Assembly (NCBI GenBank): GCA_035763805.1
Contig: DASUAL010000133.1
Coordinates: 2,518-66,517, forward strand
DNA: 64,000 nucleotides
Direction of reading: 5' to 3'
DNA from: Gemmatimonadales bacterium
Lineage (GTDB): Bacteria; Gemmatimonadota; Gemmatimonadetes; Gemmatimonadales; GWC2-71-9
The notes under the pieces are model-generated. The model searched no databases. It saw only the letters and a list, made by a program, of their open reading frames with translations, and had not been told where the DNA came from. The translations under genes were made by a program, and so were the position numbers. Shown piece after piece: positions 26,868 to 35,595 of this stretch (its first letter is position 1; each line of letters opens with the position of its first letter).

Positions 26868-29073
26868 CCTCGAAGCCCGCTTCGACGCCGTCCACGGAGC
26901 TCCCGCCGACGAGCACCCGAAACCTTCCGGGCTCGACGACGAACTTCATGTCCTGACCGTAGAAGCCGAGCTCCTGGGGCGTCAGCGTGAGCTCGACGAT
27001 GCGCGCTTCGCCCGGCTGCAGGGAGACGCGCTGGAATCCCGCGAGCGAGCGGACCGGCCGCGTGACGCTCGCGACCTCGTCGTGCACATACAGCTGGACG
27101 ACCTCGGCACCCTCGCGCGCGCCGGTGTTCGTGACGGTCACGGAAACCGTGAGCGTCCCGCCGGGCGCGATGCTCGGCGCGCCGAGCAGCAGGTCGCGGT
27201 ACGTGAAAGTGGTGTAGCTCAGCCCATGGCCGAATGGGAACAGCGGGGTCACGGGAGCATCGATGTACTTGGACGTATACCTGTCCGCCGACGGCGGGCG
27301 GCCCGTGTTCTTGTGGTTGTAGTACAAAGGCACCTGACCGACGGTCCGGGGGATGGTGACCGGGAGCTTGCCGCTCGGGCTCACGTCGCCGAACAGGACG
27401 TCCGCCAGCGCCGGCCCGGTCTCGAGGCCCAAGAACCACGCCTGGACGATCGTGGGCACATGGTCCGCAGCCCACTGGACCGCCAGCGGCCGGCCGCTCA
27501 TGAGCACGAGGACCATGGGGGTGCCGGTCCCATGCACGGCCTCGAGCAGCCGCTGCTGGGCGCCGGGAAGCGCGAGGCTCGCGCGACTCGCCGCCTCGCC
27601 GCTCATGTCTCCCGCCTCGCCGAGCACGAGCAGCGCGAGATCGGCCTGCCGCGCGACCGCAACGGCTTCGGCGAAGCCCGCCGTCGAGGTGTCGGTGATG
27701 CCTGAACCGCGGGTGTAGAGTACCCGCGTGCTCCCGGCGCGGGCCTTGACCCCCGCGAGCGGCGTCACGGCATCGGTAGCCTCGCCGCGGCCCGGCCAGG
27801 AGCCGAGGGTCGCGGCTTGGTCGTCCGCGAGCGGCCCGATCACGGCCAGCGTGCGCACGCGGGGGCCGAGCGGCAGGAGCGACCCGTCGTTCTTGAGCAG
27901 CACGATCGCTTCCCGCCCGACGCGACGGGCGAGCTCGCGGTGCTCGGGCGCGAGCTGCACGGCTCGCTCGCGCTCGACGCTCGCGCCGCGGTACGGATCC
28001 TCGAACAGTCCGAGGCTGGCTTTGGCCCGAAGCACGCGTCGGACTGCCGTGTTCACGACGGCGCCGGGGATGCGCCGCGCCCGCACGAGCGCCGGGAGGT
28101 CGTCGAGGTAGATCCGGCTCTGCATGTCCATGTCCGTGCCGGCCTCGAGCGCGAGCTTCCCGGCATCCGCGCGCGATGCCGCGACCCCGTGGAGCTGGAG
28201 CTCCTCGACCGAAGTCCAGTCACTCACCACGAAACCCCGGAATCCCCATTCGCGTCGCAGCAGCGTCGCGAGGAGCCAGCGGTTCGCCGTGCTCGGGACG
28301 CCGGCGATCTCGTTGAACGAGGTCATGATGCTGCCTGCGCCGGCCTCGATCGCGGCTTGGAAAGGCGGCAGGTAGACCTCTCGCAGGCTACGCTCCGACA
28401 CGTCTACCGTGTTGTAGTCTCTGCCGCCCTCGGCTCCGCCGTAGGCGGCGAAGTGCTTCACGGTGGCCATGACGGCGTCAGGCGCGCGCAGGTCTGCGCC
28501 CTGAAAGCCGCGCACCCGCGCCGCGGCCATTGCCGATCCGAGGTACGGATCCTCGCCGGCACCCTCCGCGATCCTGCCCCAGCGCGGATCCCGGGCGATG
28601 TCCACCATGGGGGCGAAGGTCCAATGGAGGCCCGCGGCGGCGGCTTCGCGAGCTGCCACGCGGGCGGCGGCCTCGACCGCTTCCGGGTCCCAGGAGGCCG
28701 CTTCGGCGAGCGGGATCGGGAAGATCGTCCGGTAGCCGTGGATCACGTCGTGGCCGAAGATCAGGGGGATCTGGAGCCGCGACTCCGTGACCGCTATACG
28801 CTGGATCTCCCTGGTCACCGCGGCGCCAGTCAGGTTGAAGAACCCACCGACCCTGCCCTGGCGAACCAGGTCCAGCTGTTCGTCGCTCACGCGGTTGTCG
28901 CTGACGGAGAGCAGGTTCAGCTGGCCGAGCTTCTCTTCGAGCGTCATGCGGGCGAGGAGCGAGTCGATCGCACGTTCGGTAGGGCTCTGTGCCGAGGCAG
29001 GGGCTGCGGCGAGCAGAGTCAGCGCAGCCGGGAGCACGGCGAGCAAGCTGTTGCGTGGGCGCATCAGGGGCAT
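26812..29073 (-). CDS. bglX: Exported glycoside hydrolase family 3 beta-glucosidase (BglX-like)
   Basis: ORF 26812..29181 trimmed to the ATG at 29073 (signal peptide). MTLEEKLGQL N-terminus. Nucleophile motif GFVVSDW. C-terminal FnIII-like domain. Confidence 0.9.
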   Translation of the reverse strand: MPLMRPRNSLLAVLPAALTLLAAAPASAQSPTERAIDSLLARMTLEEKLGQLNLLSVSDNRVSDEQLDLVRQGRVGGFFNLTGAAVTREIQRIAVTESRLQIPLIFGHDVIHGYRTIFPIPLAEAASWDPEAVEAAARVAAREAAAAGLHWTFAPMVDIARDPRWGRIAEGAGEDPYLGSAMAAARVRGFQGADLRAPDAVMATVKHFAAYGGAEGGRDYNTVDVSERSLREVYLPPFQAAIEAGAGSIMTSFNEIAGVPSTANRWLLATLLRREWGFRGFVVSDWTSVEELQLHGVAASRADAGKLALEAGTDMDMQSRIYLDDLPALVRARRIPGAVVNTAVRRVLRAKASLGLFEDPYRGASVERERAVQLAPEHRELARRVGREAIVLLKNDGSLLPLGPRVRTLAVIGPLADDQAATLGSWPGRGEATDAVTPLAGVKARAGSTRVLYTRGSGITDTSTAGFAEAVAVARQADLALLVLGEAGDMSGEAASRASLALPGAQQRLLEAVHGTGTPMVLVLMSGRPLAVQWAADHVPTIVQAWFLGLETGPALADVLFGDVSPSGKLPVTIPRTVGQVPLYYNHKNTGRPPSADRYTSKYIDAPVTPLFPFGHGLSYTTFTYRDLLLGAPSIAPGGTLTVSVTVTNTGAREGAEVVQLYVHDEVASVTRPVRSLAGFQRVSLQPGEARIVELTLTPQELGFYGQDMKFVVEPGRFRVLVGGSSVDGVEAGFEVRARTGPPSRRGSGASPP

Positions 29074-29138
29074 GTGTGATCGCGAGTGGTTGTGAACGTT
29101 CCGGAATGCGGCGTCCCAATTTAGGCGCTCGGGAGTAC

Positions 29139-29167
29139 TTGACAAAGGCCCCAGCGCGCGTGATAAC
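29139..29167 (+). promoter_or_regulatory. Candidate sigma70-type promoter upstream of the TonB-dependent receptor
   Basis: TTGACA (29139-29144), a 17-nt spacer, then GATAAC (29162-29167). About 30 nt upstream of the ATG. Confidence 0.25.
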
Positions 29168-29198
29168 GACTTGTCGTACACTCACCGGAGATGCATCC

Positions 29199-32162
29199 AT
29201 GAGCCGCAACCTCTCGTTCGCACGGCTCGCCGGCGGGTTCCTCGCGGGCCTCGCCCTCGCGGTCGCCAGCGCAGCCACGGCAGTCTCACAAACCAGCACC
29301 GGCAGCATTCGCGGTTACGTAACAGATCAGAGCGGCGCACCGCTCGGCGAAGGTCGCGTCGTGGCCGTGAGCGTGCTGACCGGAGGGCCGCGCGAGGCGA
29401 CCACCCAGAGCAGCGGGTTCTACGCGCTGACGGGCTTGGTGCCAGGCGAGTACGACGTCACCGTGCGTCGCATCGGGATGGCGCCGCAGGCGCGTCGAGT
29501 GCGCGTACTGATCGGTGAGGTGCTGACCCTCGATTTCCAGCTGGGCACATCGGCCGTGGAGGTCGAAGCGGTGACCGTTGTCGCGGAACGGACCGTCGAG
29601 ACGCGGACGTCCGAGGTGGCGACGAACGTCACGCAAGAGCAGATCAACAATCTCCCGACCTCCAGTCGGAACTTCCTCGATCTCGCGAGCCTAGCTCCAG
29701 GCACCACGATAGAAAACGACCGACTGGACGGCACCGCGCGGAAGTTCGGCGCCGGAGCACAGTCATCGGATCAGATCAACGTGTTCATCGACGGGGCGAG
29801 CTACAAGAACGATCTCATTCATGGCGGTGTCGTTGGCCAGGATCGCAGCCGGGGAAACCCGTTCCCTCGGAACGCGGTTCAGGAATTCCGGATCCTGACT
29901 CAGAACTACAAGGCGGAGTACCAGAAGTCCTCGAGCGCCATCCTTACAGCGACGACGAAGTCCGGCGGCAACGCGTGGAGCGGGAACGCCTTCGTGGGTT
30001 TCCAGGATCAAGGGCTCGTAGCCCTCGACAGCTTTGCCGTCGCGCGCAAGGCCGGTGACCCGGCCAACTTTCGCGAGCCGGACTACAAGCGGTGGCTACT
30101 CGGCTTGAGCGCTGGGGGCCCTATCATGCGCGACCGCCTGCGGTTCTTCGGCTCGTACGAGGGCAACTATCAAGACCGTTCGAACTTGGTGAACATCGTT
30201 CCGCCCCCCGGCTTCCCCGCCCTCGATACAGTCGACTTCGCCTCGCGCAATGGCCTCTTCGGCTCGCCGTTTCGGTCGACGCTCTTCTTCGGCAAGCTCA
30301 GCTACGCCGCGGGCCAGAACTCGTCGCTCGAGCTGAGCTATAACCACCGGCACGAAACCGACACGCGGAACTTTGGAGCCCCTGATGACCTGAAACGGCC
30401 CTTCGAGTCGGGCGTGCGGTTCCGCAATGACGTCAACACCGGCATCCTGAAACACACCTATTACCCGGGCTCCTGGCTGAACCAAGTGACCGTGACGTAT
30501 CAGCGAGCCCGCGACAACCCGAGTCCGGTGCCCGGTACGGAGACAGTGAACCGCTTCTACGGCGGCGCCTTCTGTTGCGCGCAGATCGGACCGGACATCA
30601 CCATCCAGGACTTTACGCAGAAGCGCCTTGCGGTGCGGAACGACCTGACCTACTCGGGACTGGAATGGAGCGGGCAGCATGTGCTGAAGGGCGGTGTCAG
30701 CGTCGACTTTTTGAACTACAGGATCCTGAAGCAAAACGCGGTGATTCCGCGCTTCGTCTATGAAGAAATCGGCCATGATGCCAGCCGCCCCGACAGTTTC
30801 AAGTTCCCCGACCGGGTGGAGTTCCGCGGGGGCAATCCAAACTTCCTGCAGGACAACACCCAGTTCGGCGCCTATGTGCAAGACGACTGGAGCCCAGCGC
30901 CGCGCCTGATCCTGAACCTCGGCATCCGGTGGGACTATGAAACCGACATGATGAACTACAACTACGTCACGCCGCAAGACATCGTGGACTCCCTGACGAA
31001 GTACGCGGATTCATTGTTCATCCCGATCGACCCGTCGCGCTACTTTACCAACGGAACTCAGCGCTCGCGCTTCAAGGGCGCGTTCCAGCCGCGCCTCGGG
31101 TTCTCCTACGGTCTCGACGACGCCGGGAAGACCACGCTGTTCGGTGGATTTGGTATCTTCTACGACCGGACGCTCTTCGACCAGGCGGTCGAGGAGCAGT
31201 TCGCCCAGCAGCAGCCCAATATCATCATTCGGTTCCGCCAGCCGGGCGACCCGGCTGCTGGTCGCGTTGACTGGGACAACCGGTACCTCACGGGCCGAGC
31301 GGTGCTCGATTCGCTGCGGATCGCAAATCCGCAGGCCGGCGCGCCCGAGGTGAAGCTCCTCCCCAACGACCTGCGTCCGCCCAAGTCCCGGCAGTTCAGC
31401 GTCGGCGTCCGCCGGCTGCTGGGCGACTTCGCCGTCGAGGCGGCCTATACCGGCGTGCGCAGCTCGAATGTGTTCACGTTCTATTGGGCGAACGAGAACT
31501 TCACGTGCCCGCAGCGATCTTTCGGAGTGGCAGGCTGTTTCGTGAGCAGGAGGATTCCCGGCTACCGCGTCATCTTGCTGGCGACCAACGCGGGCAAGAC
31601 CTGGTATGACGCGCTTCAAGTGAAGGTCGATCGACCGTACCGTCGATCAGGCGCTTGGGGCTGGGGAGCAGGACTCGCCTACACACTCGCCGAGCGCGAA
31701 ACGGCGGGTTTCAACGACGACTTCAGCTTCCCGAATCCGGTGGACTACCCCCGGCAGGTGCGCAACGACGAGAGTCATCGGTTGGTGGTGAATGGCATCG
31801 TGGATCTGCCCTACGCCTACGGCATCCAGCTCGGCGGCCTGCTGACCATCGGCAGCGGGGCCAAGTTGGACGTTGGGGACCGGTTCAACAACGAGCTGAA
31901 TCCCACGCAGCGACTCTTCGTGCCCGGCGGCTTCGAGACGCCGACCTTCAAGAACCTGGACCTGCGGCTGCGCAAGGACTTCCCGTCCGTGCGCGGGAAC
32001 GCGATTGCCGTGGCGCTCGACCTGTTCAATGTGTTCAATTGGCAGAACCTCGGGTGCTACAACAATCGGAATGCCGCGGTAGGCGACCCCGCCTTCGACG
32101 ACGCCGGGTGCGTGATCAGTGACCCGCGGCGGCTCCAAGTCGGCACGGAAGTGACCTTCTGA
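29199..32162 (+). CDS. TonB-dependent receptor with carboxypeptidase regulatory-like N-terminal domain
   Basis: ORF 28989..32162 trimmed to the ATG at 29199 (signal peptide MSRNLSFARLAGGFLAGLALAVASA). GSIRGYVTD...GEYDV CarboxypepD_reg-like domain. Plug and barrel regions. Terminal ...VTF aromatic residue. Confidence 0.9.
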   Translation: MSRNLSFARLAGGFLAGLALAVASAATAVSQTSTGSIRGYVTDQSGAPLGEGRVVAVSVLTGGPREATTQSSGFYALTGLVPGEYDVTVRRIGMAPQARRVRVLIGEVLTLDFQLGTSAVEVEAVTVVAERTVETRTSEVATNVTQEQINNLPTSSRNFLDLASLAPGTTIENDRLDGTARKFGAGAQSSDQINVFIDGASYKNDLIHGGVVGQDRSRGNPFPRNAVQEFRILTQNYKAEYQKSSSAILTATTKSGGNAWSGNAFVGFQDQGLVALDSFAVARKAGDPANFREPDYKRWLLGLSAGGPIMRDRLRFFGSYEGNYQDRSNLVNIVPPPGFPALDTVDFASRNGLFGSPFRSTLFFGKLSYAAGQNSSLELSYNHRHETDTRNFGAPDDLKRPFESGVRFRNDVNTGILKHTYYPGSWLNQVTVTYQRARDNPSPVPGTETVNRFYGGAFCCAQIGPDITIQDFTQKRLAVRNDLTYSGLEWSGQHVLKGGVSVDFLNYRILKQNAVIPRFVYEEIGHDASRPDSFKFPDRVEFRGGNPNFLQDNTQFGAYVQDDWSPAPRLILNLGIRWDYETDMMNYNYVTPQDIVDSLTKYADSLFIPIDPSRYFTNGTQRSRFKGAFQPRLGFSYGLDDAGKTTLFGGFGIFYDRTLFDQAVEEQFAQQQPNIIIRFRQPGDPAAGRVDWDNRYLTGRAVLDSLRIANPQAGAPEVKLLPNDLRPPKSRQFSVGVRRLLGDFAVEAAYTGVRSSNVFTFYWANENFTCPQRSFGVAGCFVSRRIPGYRVILLATNAGKTWYDALQVKVDRPYRRSGAWGWGAGLAYTLAERETAGFNDDFSFPNPVDYPRQVRNDESHRLVVNGIVDLPYAYGIQLGGLLTIGSGAKLDVGDRFNNELNPTQRLFVPGGFETPTFKNLDLRLRKDFPSVRGNAIAVALDLFNVFNWQNLGCYNNRNAAVGDPAFDDAGCVISDPRRLQVGTEVTF

Positions 32163-32167
32163 GCCGG

Positions 32168-33604
32168 ATGTCGCGCCCCAATGCGGCGAGCGCAGTCGTC
32201 TTCGCGCTCGCCGCCTGCGCCGCGAATTCCACCAGCAGCCCGCCGCCACCCGACCCCGCGCGCGTCGTCGCGTTTCTCGACACCCTCGAGGAACGCACGT
32301 TCCACTACTTCTGGGACCTCACCAACCCCCAGAACGGGCTCACCCCGGACCGCGCGCCCAGCCCGTCGTTCTCGAGCATTGCGGCCGTCGGGTTCGCGCT
32401 CACTGCTTACCCGATCGGGGTCGAGCGCGGCTACGTCACCCGCGGCCAGGCCGCCGAGCGGACCCTCACCACGCTCCGGTTCTTCTGGACGGCACCCCAA
32501 GGACCGGGCGCATCAGGCGTGACCGGCTATCAGGGCTTCTTCTACCACTTCCTCGACATGCAGACGGGCCACCGGTTTCAGACGGTCGAGTTGTCGACCA
32601 TCGACACCGCGCTACTGCTCGCGGGCGTGCTGTTCTCGCAGTCGTACTTCGACGGCAGTGACTCGATCGAAACGGCGATCCGCGCTGTGGCGGACTCGAT
32701 CTACTCCCGGGTCGATTGGAACTGGGCGCAGGCGCGTCCTCCCGCCGTAAGCATGGGGTGGCACCCCGAGACGGGGTTCATCCGGAATGATTGGCTCGGC
32801 TACAACGAGGCGATGATCCTCTACATTCTCGCCCTGGGCTCTCCCACCCACCCTGTCGAGCCGGCAGCCTGGGACGCGTGGGTGGGGACGTATCAGTGGG
32901 GCTCGTGGTACGGCTTGCCGCAGGTCGGCTTCGGCCCGCTGTTCGGGCACCAGTATTCCCACGTGTGGATCGATTTCCGAGGGCTACGGGACGCCTACAT
33001 GCGGGGGCACGGCATCGATTACTTCGAGAACTCGCGCCGCGCGACCTACGCGCAGCGCCGCTATGCGGAGGCCAACCCCGACCGATGGAAGGGATACAGT
33101 GCGTCCGTCTGGGGACTCACCGCGTGCGATGGCCCGGCCAATGCGACACTCCTGCTGGATGGGCGCACGCGCCAGTTCCACACCTACTGGGCGCGCGGGG
33201 CCTCGTTCACCGAGATCACGGACGACGGCACGATCGCTCCCACCGCGGCCGGCGGTGCGGTGCCCTTCGCGCCCGAGATCGCCATCCCCGCGCTGATCAC
33301 GATGCGCGAGACGTACGGGTCGCATCTGTTCTCGACCTACGGGTTTCGAGACGCGTTCAATCCGACGTTCACCGCCACCAGCGCGCCGGTGGAACGGGGG
33401 ACGGTCGATCCGGTGCTCGGCTGGTTCGACGTCGACTACCTCGGCATCGACCAGGGGCCGATCCTTGCGATGGTGGAGAACCATCGTACCGGGCTCGTGT
33501 GGCGCATCATGCAGCGCAATCCGGCAATCGTCCGGGGCTTGCAGCGGGCGGGGTTCACGGGTGGGTGGCTGAAGGGAGCGCGGGGCGGGCGGAAGGAGGA
33601 CTGA
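32168..33604 (+). CDS. Lipoprotein, glucoamylase-like (alpha/alpha)6 glycoside hydrolase (PF10091-like; possibly GH144 beta-1,2-glucanase)
   Basis: 478 aa. Lipobox ALAAC. Motifs as I remember them for this family: FHYFWD, GFFYHFLD, FGHQYSHVWIDFRG, DYFENSRRAT, WGLTACDGP. Confidence 0.7.
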   Translation: MSRPNAASAVVFALAACAANSTSSPPPPDPARVVAFLDTLEERTFHYFWDLTNPQNGLTPDRAPSPSFSSIAAVGFALTAYPIGVERGYVTRGQAAERTLTTLRFFWTAPQGPGASGVTGYQGFFYHFLDMQTGHRFQTVELSTIDTALLLAGVLFSQSYFDGSDSIETAIRAVADSIYSRVDWNWAQARPPAVSMGWHPETGFIRNDWLGYNEAMILYILALGSPTHPVEPAAWDAWVGTYQWGSWYGLPQVGFGPLFGHQYSHVWIDFRGLRDAYMRGHGIDYFENSRRATYAQRRYAEANPDRWKGYSASVWGLTACDGPANATLLLDGRTRQFHTYWARGASFTEITDDGTIAPTAAGGAVPFAPEIAIPALITMRETYGSHLFSTYGFRDAFNPTFTATSAPVERGTVDPVLGWFDVDYLGIDQGPILAMVENHRTGLVWRIMQRNPAIVRGLQRAGFTGGWLKGARGGRKED

Positions 33605-33612
33605 GAGGCGTG

Positions 33613-33652
33613 GTAGCGTCGTATGGACGTAGCGTCGTAGCGTTGTAGCGAC
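33613..33652. repeat. Tandem 8-bp repeat x5
   Basis: GTAGCGTC GTATGGAC GTAGCGTC GTAGCGTT GTAGCGAC, in the 50-bp gap between convergent genes. Confidence 0.7.
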
Positions 33653-33654
33653 GG

Positions 33655-35037
33655 TCAGCGCGCGAACAGCGTATCGAAGGTCGCGGCCACGCGCCGGCGC
33701 ACCGCGTCCGCAGCCGCGAGCGGGGTTCGCGACGGCGCGCTCACCGGCTCGACGATGCGCGACACCGTCCCGCGCACGGCGTCGATGATCTGGAGCTGGA
33801 ACCGAACCGAGTCCCCGTCTCTGTAATAGGACCCGGAGACCACCGTGCCCGCGCCCGTGCGCGCGGTGAGCTCCTGGATCCCGGCGGCATCGAGATGACC
33901 ACCGATGGCTGCCGGCACGACCTCCACCGCCCCGCCCCGCGCCAGCCCCTGCGTGACCCAGTCGGCGGCCAGGTGGCCAAGGGGCGCCAGCGCTGCATCC
34001 CCGGAGAGGTCTTCGAAGCCGGCCACCACGACGCGCCGTGGATCGAGCGCCGGTTCGCGGGTCATGAGGAACGCCGCTCCGGCCGCGGCGATCAGCAGGA
34101 CGGCCAACCCTCCGATCGTCGCCGCCTTCCAGCTGATCTTCGGCAACCAGGCGGCGCTGCCACGGCGGTCCACGACGTCACGCAAGCAGGCAACGAAGTC
34201 GTCCACACTCGCGAACCGGTCCGCGGGCGATGCAGCCAGCGCGCGGCCGATGACCTCCTTCAGGAACCGCGCCGTTCGGTGATCCACACCCTGCTCCCGG
34301 AGGAAGGCCTCCAGTGCCGCCCGGCCGGGGGCCGAACCGTGGGCGAGATGGAGAAGCGGCGGCTCGCCGACCAGCATCTCGTAGAGCACACACCCCAGGC
34401 TGTAAATGTCGGTGCGAGCGTCGATCGCCCGGCTGCCGGCGAGCTGCTCCGGGCTCATGTAGGCCGGCGATCCGACGGCCTGGCCCACGCCGGTCAGCGT
34501 GGGGACGCCGGCCGCACTGACCGCGCGCGCGATCCCGAAGTCCGCGACGTAGGCGTGGTCGTCCTTGGAGAGGAGGATGTTCTCGGGCTTCACGTCGCGG
34601 TGCACGACGCCGTGGGCGTGCGCGTAGCTCAACGCGTCGGCCACCTCGAGCGTGAGGCGGAGCGCCTCGGCGAGCGGGAGCCGCTGCTCTCGGTCGAGGC
34701 GGACGCGCAGCGACTCGCCCTCGATGTAGGGCATCACGTAGTAGCACAGCCCGTCCGGCCCGTCGGGAACGAACAGGCACTCGTCGGCCGCTAGGATCGG
34801 CACGATGTGCGGGTGGCTGAGCTTGGAGGTGACCTCGACCTCGCGGATGAAGCGCTCCCGGAAGCTGGCGGTGCTGAGCTCGGGGTTCATCACCTTGATC
34901 GCCACCCGACGTGGCGGATGCCGCTCGGCGGCAAGGTAGACGCGCGCCATGCCCCCGGCGTCGATTTCGCGGTCCACGGTATAGTGCGGAGCCAGGCCCT
35001 CGCGCAGGGCGTGCAGGATGTCCATCATCGGCTGCAA
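33655..35037 (-). CDS. Ser/Thr protein kinase with TM helix and extracytoplasmic C-terminal domain
   Basis: 460 aa. VAIKVM, HRDVKPENILL, DFG and SPEQ kinase motifs. TM segment ATIGGLAVLLIAAAGAAFL. Confidence 0.9.
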   Translation of the reverse strand: MQPMMDILHALREGLAPHYTVDREIDAGGMARVYLAAERHPPRRVAIKVMNPELSTASFRERFIREVEVTSKLSHPHIVPILAADECLFVPDGPDGLCYYVMPYIEGESLRVRLDREQRLPLAEALRLTLEVADALSYAHAHGVVHRDVKPENILLSKDDHAYVADFGIARAVSAAGVPTLTGVGQAVGSPAYMSPEQLAGSRAIDARTDIYSLGCVLYEMLVGEPPLLHLAHGSAPGRAALEAFLREQGVDHRTARFLKEVIGRALAASPADRFASVDDFVACLRDVVDRRGSAAWLPKISWKAATIGGLAVLLIAAAGAAFLMTREPALDPRRVVVAGFEDLSGDAALAPLGHLAADWVTQGLARGGAVEVVPAAIGGHLDAAGIQELTARTGAGTVVSGSYYRDGDSVRFQLQIIDAVRGTVSRIVEPVSAPSRTPLAAADAVRRRVAATFDTLFAR

Positions 35038-35073
35038 AGTATCGCTCGGCCTCTCATGCGGCGACGCCGAGGG

Positions 35074-35526
35074 TCAGCGCGGGTCGTTCCATTTCTCGAG
35101 CCTCTGGCCCGCCTGATGCCAGGCCCGGATGCCGCCCAACAACACCGCTACCCGCTCCCCGTCGACACCCCCTGCCATCAGCCTTCGCGCCGCCCGGACG
35201 CTTGTGGCTTCGTCCACTCAGGCACAGTAGAGGATGAGCAGGCGATCCGGCGGCACCGAATCCGGCAGTAGCTGCCCCTTCGCCGCCTCTATTGCCGACA
35301 GGGGGAGCGAGACCGCGCCGGCGGCGTGGGCGTTGTCGTACAGGCGGCGGTCGCGGGTGTCGACCAACACCGCGCGGCCCGCTGTGACGAGCGCCTGGGC
35401 CTCGGCAACCGAGATTCGCCGAACGGCCGGCAGCTCGGTCGGGACGACGTCGGGATCCTTCGGCTCCGGGGTCATGAGCGCGCTCCTGTAAACCGCCGGG
35501 GGGACGATAAGGTTCGGGCGGGCCAT
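35074..35526 (-). CDS. Single-domain rhodanese-like sulfurtransferase interrupted by one in-frame TGA (35220-35218): selenocysteine candidate or nonsense pseudogene
   Basis: ORF 35218..35526 ends ...LLILYCA-TGA. The same frame continues for 47 sense codons (VDEATSVRAARRLMAGGVDGERVAVLLGGIRAWHQAGQRLEKWNDPR) to the TGA at 35076-35074. The joined 150-aa product is a complete rhodanese fold. Confidence 0.6.
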
Positions 35527-35535
35527 CCGGAAGCT

Positions 35536-35560
35536 ATTGACAAATAATTTTGTCCAATAT
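35536..35560. promoter_or_regulatory. AT-rich imperfect palindrome in the rhodanese/ArsR divergent promoter (candidate ArsR operator)
   Basis: ATTGACAAATAATTTTGTCCAATAT. Arms TTGACAAA / TTTGTCCAA. It is the only AT-rich stretch in the 69-bp intergenic gap. Confidence 0.35.
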
Positions 35561-35595
35561 AGGGTTTTCCGGAGCTACTCTGCGGGAGCGACGTC

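Noticed and set aside
33613-33652. CRISPR-like array
   Set aside because: The repeat unit is only 8 bp with no spacers, and there are no cas genes. It is a microsatellite, not a CRISPR array.
35140-35217. SECIS element downstream of the in-frame TGA of the rhodanese gene
   Set aside because: Only a 5-6 bp stem (GGACG-N10-CGTCC) starts 3 nt after the UGA. Its loop is closer to the UGA than in typical bacterial SECIS elements, and I could not find a conserved GU-containing apical loop. I therefore cannot call a SECIS by eye. The question stays open as a finding, not a feature.
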